Shown in pieces: positions 62,102 to 64,000 of a stretch of 64,000 nt of DNA (positions are counted from its first letter, which is position 1; each line of letters starts with the position of its first letter). Source of the DNA: Alphaproteobacteria bacterium (GTDB lineage: Bacteria > Pseudomonadota > Alphaproteobacteria > SP197); contig OZ219917.1 of assembly GCA_964291415.2 (NCBI GenBank), positions 320,001 through 384,000 of the forward strand. The letters are read 5' to 3'. A program made the translations under genes and the position numbers. A model generated the notes under the pieces. The model saw only the letters and a program-made list of their open reading frames with translations. It searched no databases and had not been told where the DNA came from.

Positions 62102-64000
62102 TCACAGGGACATGGCGAGAGTGCGGGCCTCGAAGATGGCCATGGAGGCGGTGCGTGCGGCGACGGCATCGCCGAGGTTGTGAATTCGCAGATCGTCGTC
62201 GGCGAGTTCGCGGCGCAGGCTGTCTTCCACCGTGTTCGTGGTGGCGAGAACGAGGCTGTCGAAGTCGCGTTCCTCGGTATCTCCTGTGTAGAGGTTCATG
62301 AGCGTGGCGGTGTTGCCTTTCCATGCGCTCAGGGCATGACCGCAGATGACCTCGACACCGAGTTTCCAGAAGCGCTCGCGGGTGGTATCGCCGGTCCGCG
62401 AGAAATCGAGCTGTTCGGCGGCTTTCTCGGACGCCGTCACCACGGTCACCATGTGACGCTCCAGGGCGAGGTGCAGAGCCGTTCCGGAAGCGGGCCACCA
62501 GCCGTTGATGTCGTCGAGGAGGAGAACATTGGTGCCCGGAACCGCCCTGCCTTCAAGAATGTCGTGGACTGTCATGACGTTGTCCTGCTCGACCCCGTCC
62601 AGGCGTTCGACATGCGGAAAGGCACGCTGGAACCCTGTCCGCGTAGGCACCGAGCCTGTCGCAAGGATCACGTCATCCGCCCCGAAGCCGCGGATGTCGT
62701 CGGCCGACATGTCGGTGTTGAGCATGACGCGCACCTGGAGTTTCTCCAACTGGCGGCTGCACCACGTCAGGAACTCGCCGACCTCGCCCCTTTCCGGCTG
62801 ACCCGCCGCAAGGCGGAACTGGCCGCCGAGTTCGGCATCCTTCTCGACCAGCGTGACGCGATGGCCGCGCATGGCCGCCACTCTCGCCGTCTCGAGACCG
62901 GCCGGACCGCCCCCGACGACGAGGACGTGGCGGGGACTGTCGGCCGGTGGTGCGCCGTCGCCATCCCACAGCGTCTCCCGCCCGACCGACGGGTTGACGA
63001 GACAGGAAATCCAGTAGTCGCGCAGGCGCCGGCCGAGGCACAGCTGGTTGCACGAGATGCACGGGCGGATGTCGTCAGCCCGTCCGCTGGCCGCCTTGTT
63101 GGCGAGGTGGGGATCGGCAATCTGGCCGCGAACGATCGAGACCAGGTCGCACTTGCCGGCGGCGAGCGCCTCCTCGGCGCGCTGTGGCGTCTTCACCCGC
63201 GCCTCGGCGGTGACCAGGGCGTGCGTGACCACGTCCTTGATCTCGCCCGCCTCGTCCGGACCAAGGGGCGCGGGGAAATGAAAACTCGGAACGATCTTCG
63301 AGAAATGGTTGAGATAACTGCCTGCCCCGCAGGACAGGTAGTCGCACAGACCGCGCTCGTCGAGCCATGCGAAGATCTCCTGCTTGTCGGCCATGGTCAG
63401 GCCGCCCGGATAGGGCTCGCCACCCGAGACGGTCATGCCGACGATGAAATCCTCTCCGCAAGCCCGTCGGATGCCCTCGACGATGCGCGTCACGAAACGC
63501 AGACGATTCTCCAGGCTGCCGCCCCAGCGGTCGTCGCGGCGGTTGGTGAGAGGCGACCAGAACTGATCGATCAGGCAGGAATAGCCGGCGAAGAGGTCGA
63601 CACCGTCGAAACCGCAGGCCTGGTCGCGTTCCGCCTGCCGGATGAAGGCGTCGACGAGTTCCTCGATCTCCCGGTCCGTCATCACATGGCTGCCCCAGGG
63701 GTCGTGGTGGCTCACCTGGCCCGAGGGAGACCAGTAGGCAGTCCAGGAATTGTCCTGATCGCCGTGGGCGCCGGTGTGGTAGATCTGGTGGCACATGAGA
63801 GTGCCGTGTTCGTGGCAGGCGTCGGTCACCTTGCGGAAATGCGGAATGACCACGTCATCGGCGAGAAAGTTGCCCCGGGTGAGGATGGCCGTCGGGTGCG
63901 GTGGCGACGGCTCGACGACGATCATCGCCGCCCCGCCCCGGGCGCGTTCCCGGTAGTATCCGAAGTGCCTGTCGAGCGGCAGGCCGCCTTCGGACATGTT
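62102..64000 (-). CDS. NADH:flavin oxidoreductase (OYE barrel + 4Fe-4S + Rossmann; trimethylamine dehydrogenase-like architecture), 5' end outside the window
   Basis: YYRERARGG, QFWSPLTNRRDDRWGGSLENRLRF, RGQIADP, CISCNQLC..CLVNP, VVGGGPAGLE. Confidence 0.9.
   Translation of the reverse strand, partial: NMSEGGLPLDRHFGYYRERARGGAAMIVVEPSPPHPTAILTRGNFLADDVVIPHFRKVTDACHEHGTLMCHQIYHTGAHGDQDNSWTAYWSPSGQVSHHDPWGSHVMTDREIEELVDAFIRQAERDQACGFDGVDLFAGYSCLIDQFWSPLTNRRDDRWGGSLENRLRFVTRIVEGIRRACGEDFIVGMTVSGGEPYPGGLTMADKQEIFAWLDERGLCDYLSCGAGSYLNHFSKIVPSFHFPAPLGPDEAGEIKDVVTHALVTAEARVKTPQRAEEALAAGKCDLVSIVRGQIADPHLANKAASGRADDIRPCISCNQLCLGRRLRDYWISCLVNPSVGRETLWDGDGAPPADSPRHVLVVGGGPAGLETARVAAMRGHRVTLVEKDAELGGQFRLAAGQPERGEVGEFLTWCSRQLEKLQVRVMLNTDMSADDIRGFGADDVILATGSVPTRTGFQRAFPHVERLDGVEQDNVMTVHDILEGRAVPGTNVLLLDDINGWWPASGTALHLALERHMVTVVTASEKAAEQLDFSRTGDTTRERFWKLGVEVICGHALSAWKGNTATLMNLYTGDTEERDFDSLVLATTNTVEDSLRRELADDDLRIHNLGDAVAARTASMAIFEARTLAMSL

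Overview
GC-rich bacterial chromosome segment, most likely alphaproteobacterial. The divergent ppsR / hemE-hemH-hemJ-rho arrangement (the usual alphaproteobacterial oriC locus), mmcB and the cob genes point to this. The window mixes housekeeping genes (recCBD, lolA, purC, acnA, cobT/cobS, hemEHJ, rho, purH) with many catabolic and transport genes and with accessory DNA-conflict genes. The latter include a Fic protein next to an IS256 remnant, a YhaO/YhaN nuclease-ATPase pair, a decayed IS4 element with a 10-bp target duplication, an orphan Phd antitoxin, and a PLD-SF2 helicase-DUF3427 (SauUSI-like) protein whose 3' end is duplicated around an MFS gene. The best candidate for a little-described system is a divergent module of an NrtR-type regulator, a DUF6569/ARPP-1-like protein and an ADP-ribosylglycohydrolase, with two GT-N7-AC operators between them. 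Also notable are an NCS2 permease fused to a degenerate RsbW-like domain, a secreted cyclophilin closely resembling eukaryotic CypA, and RecBCD in a lineage that normally uses AddAB. At least five genes, including rho, carry single frameshifts that look like long-read assembly errors. All family calls come from motif recognition by eye; no searches were run.
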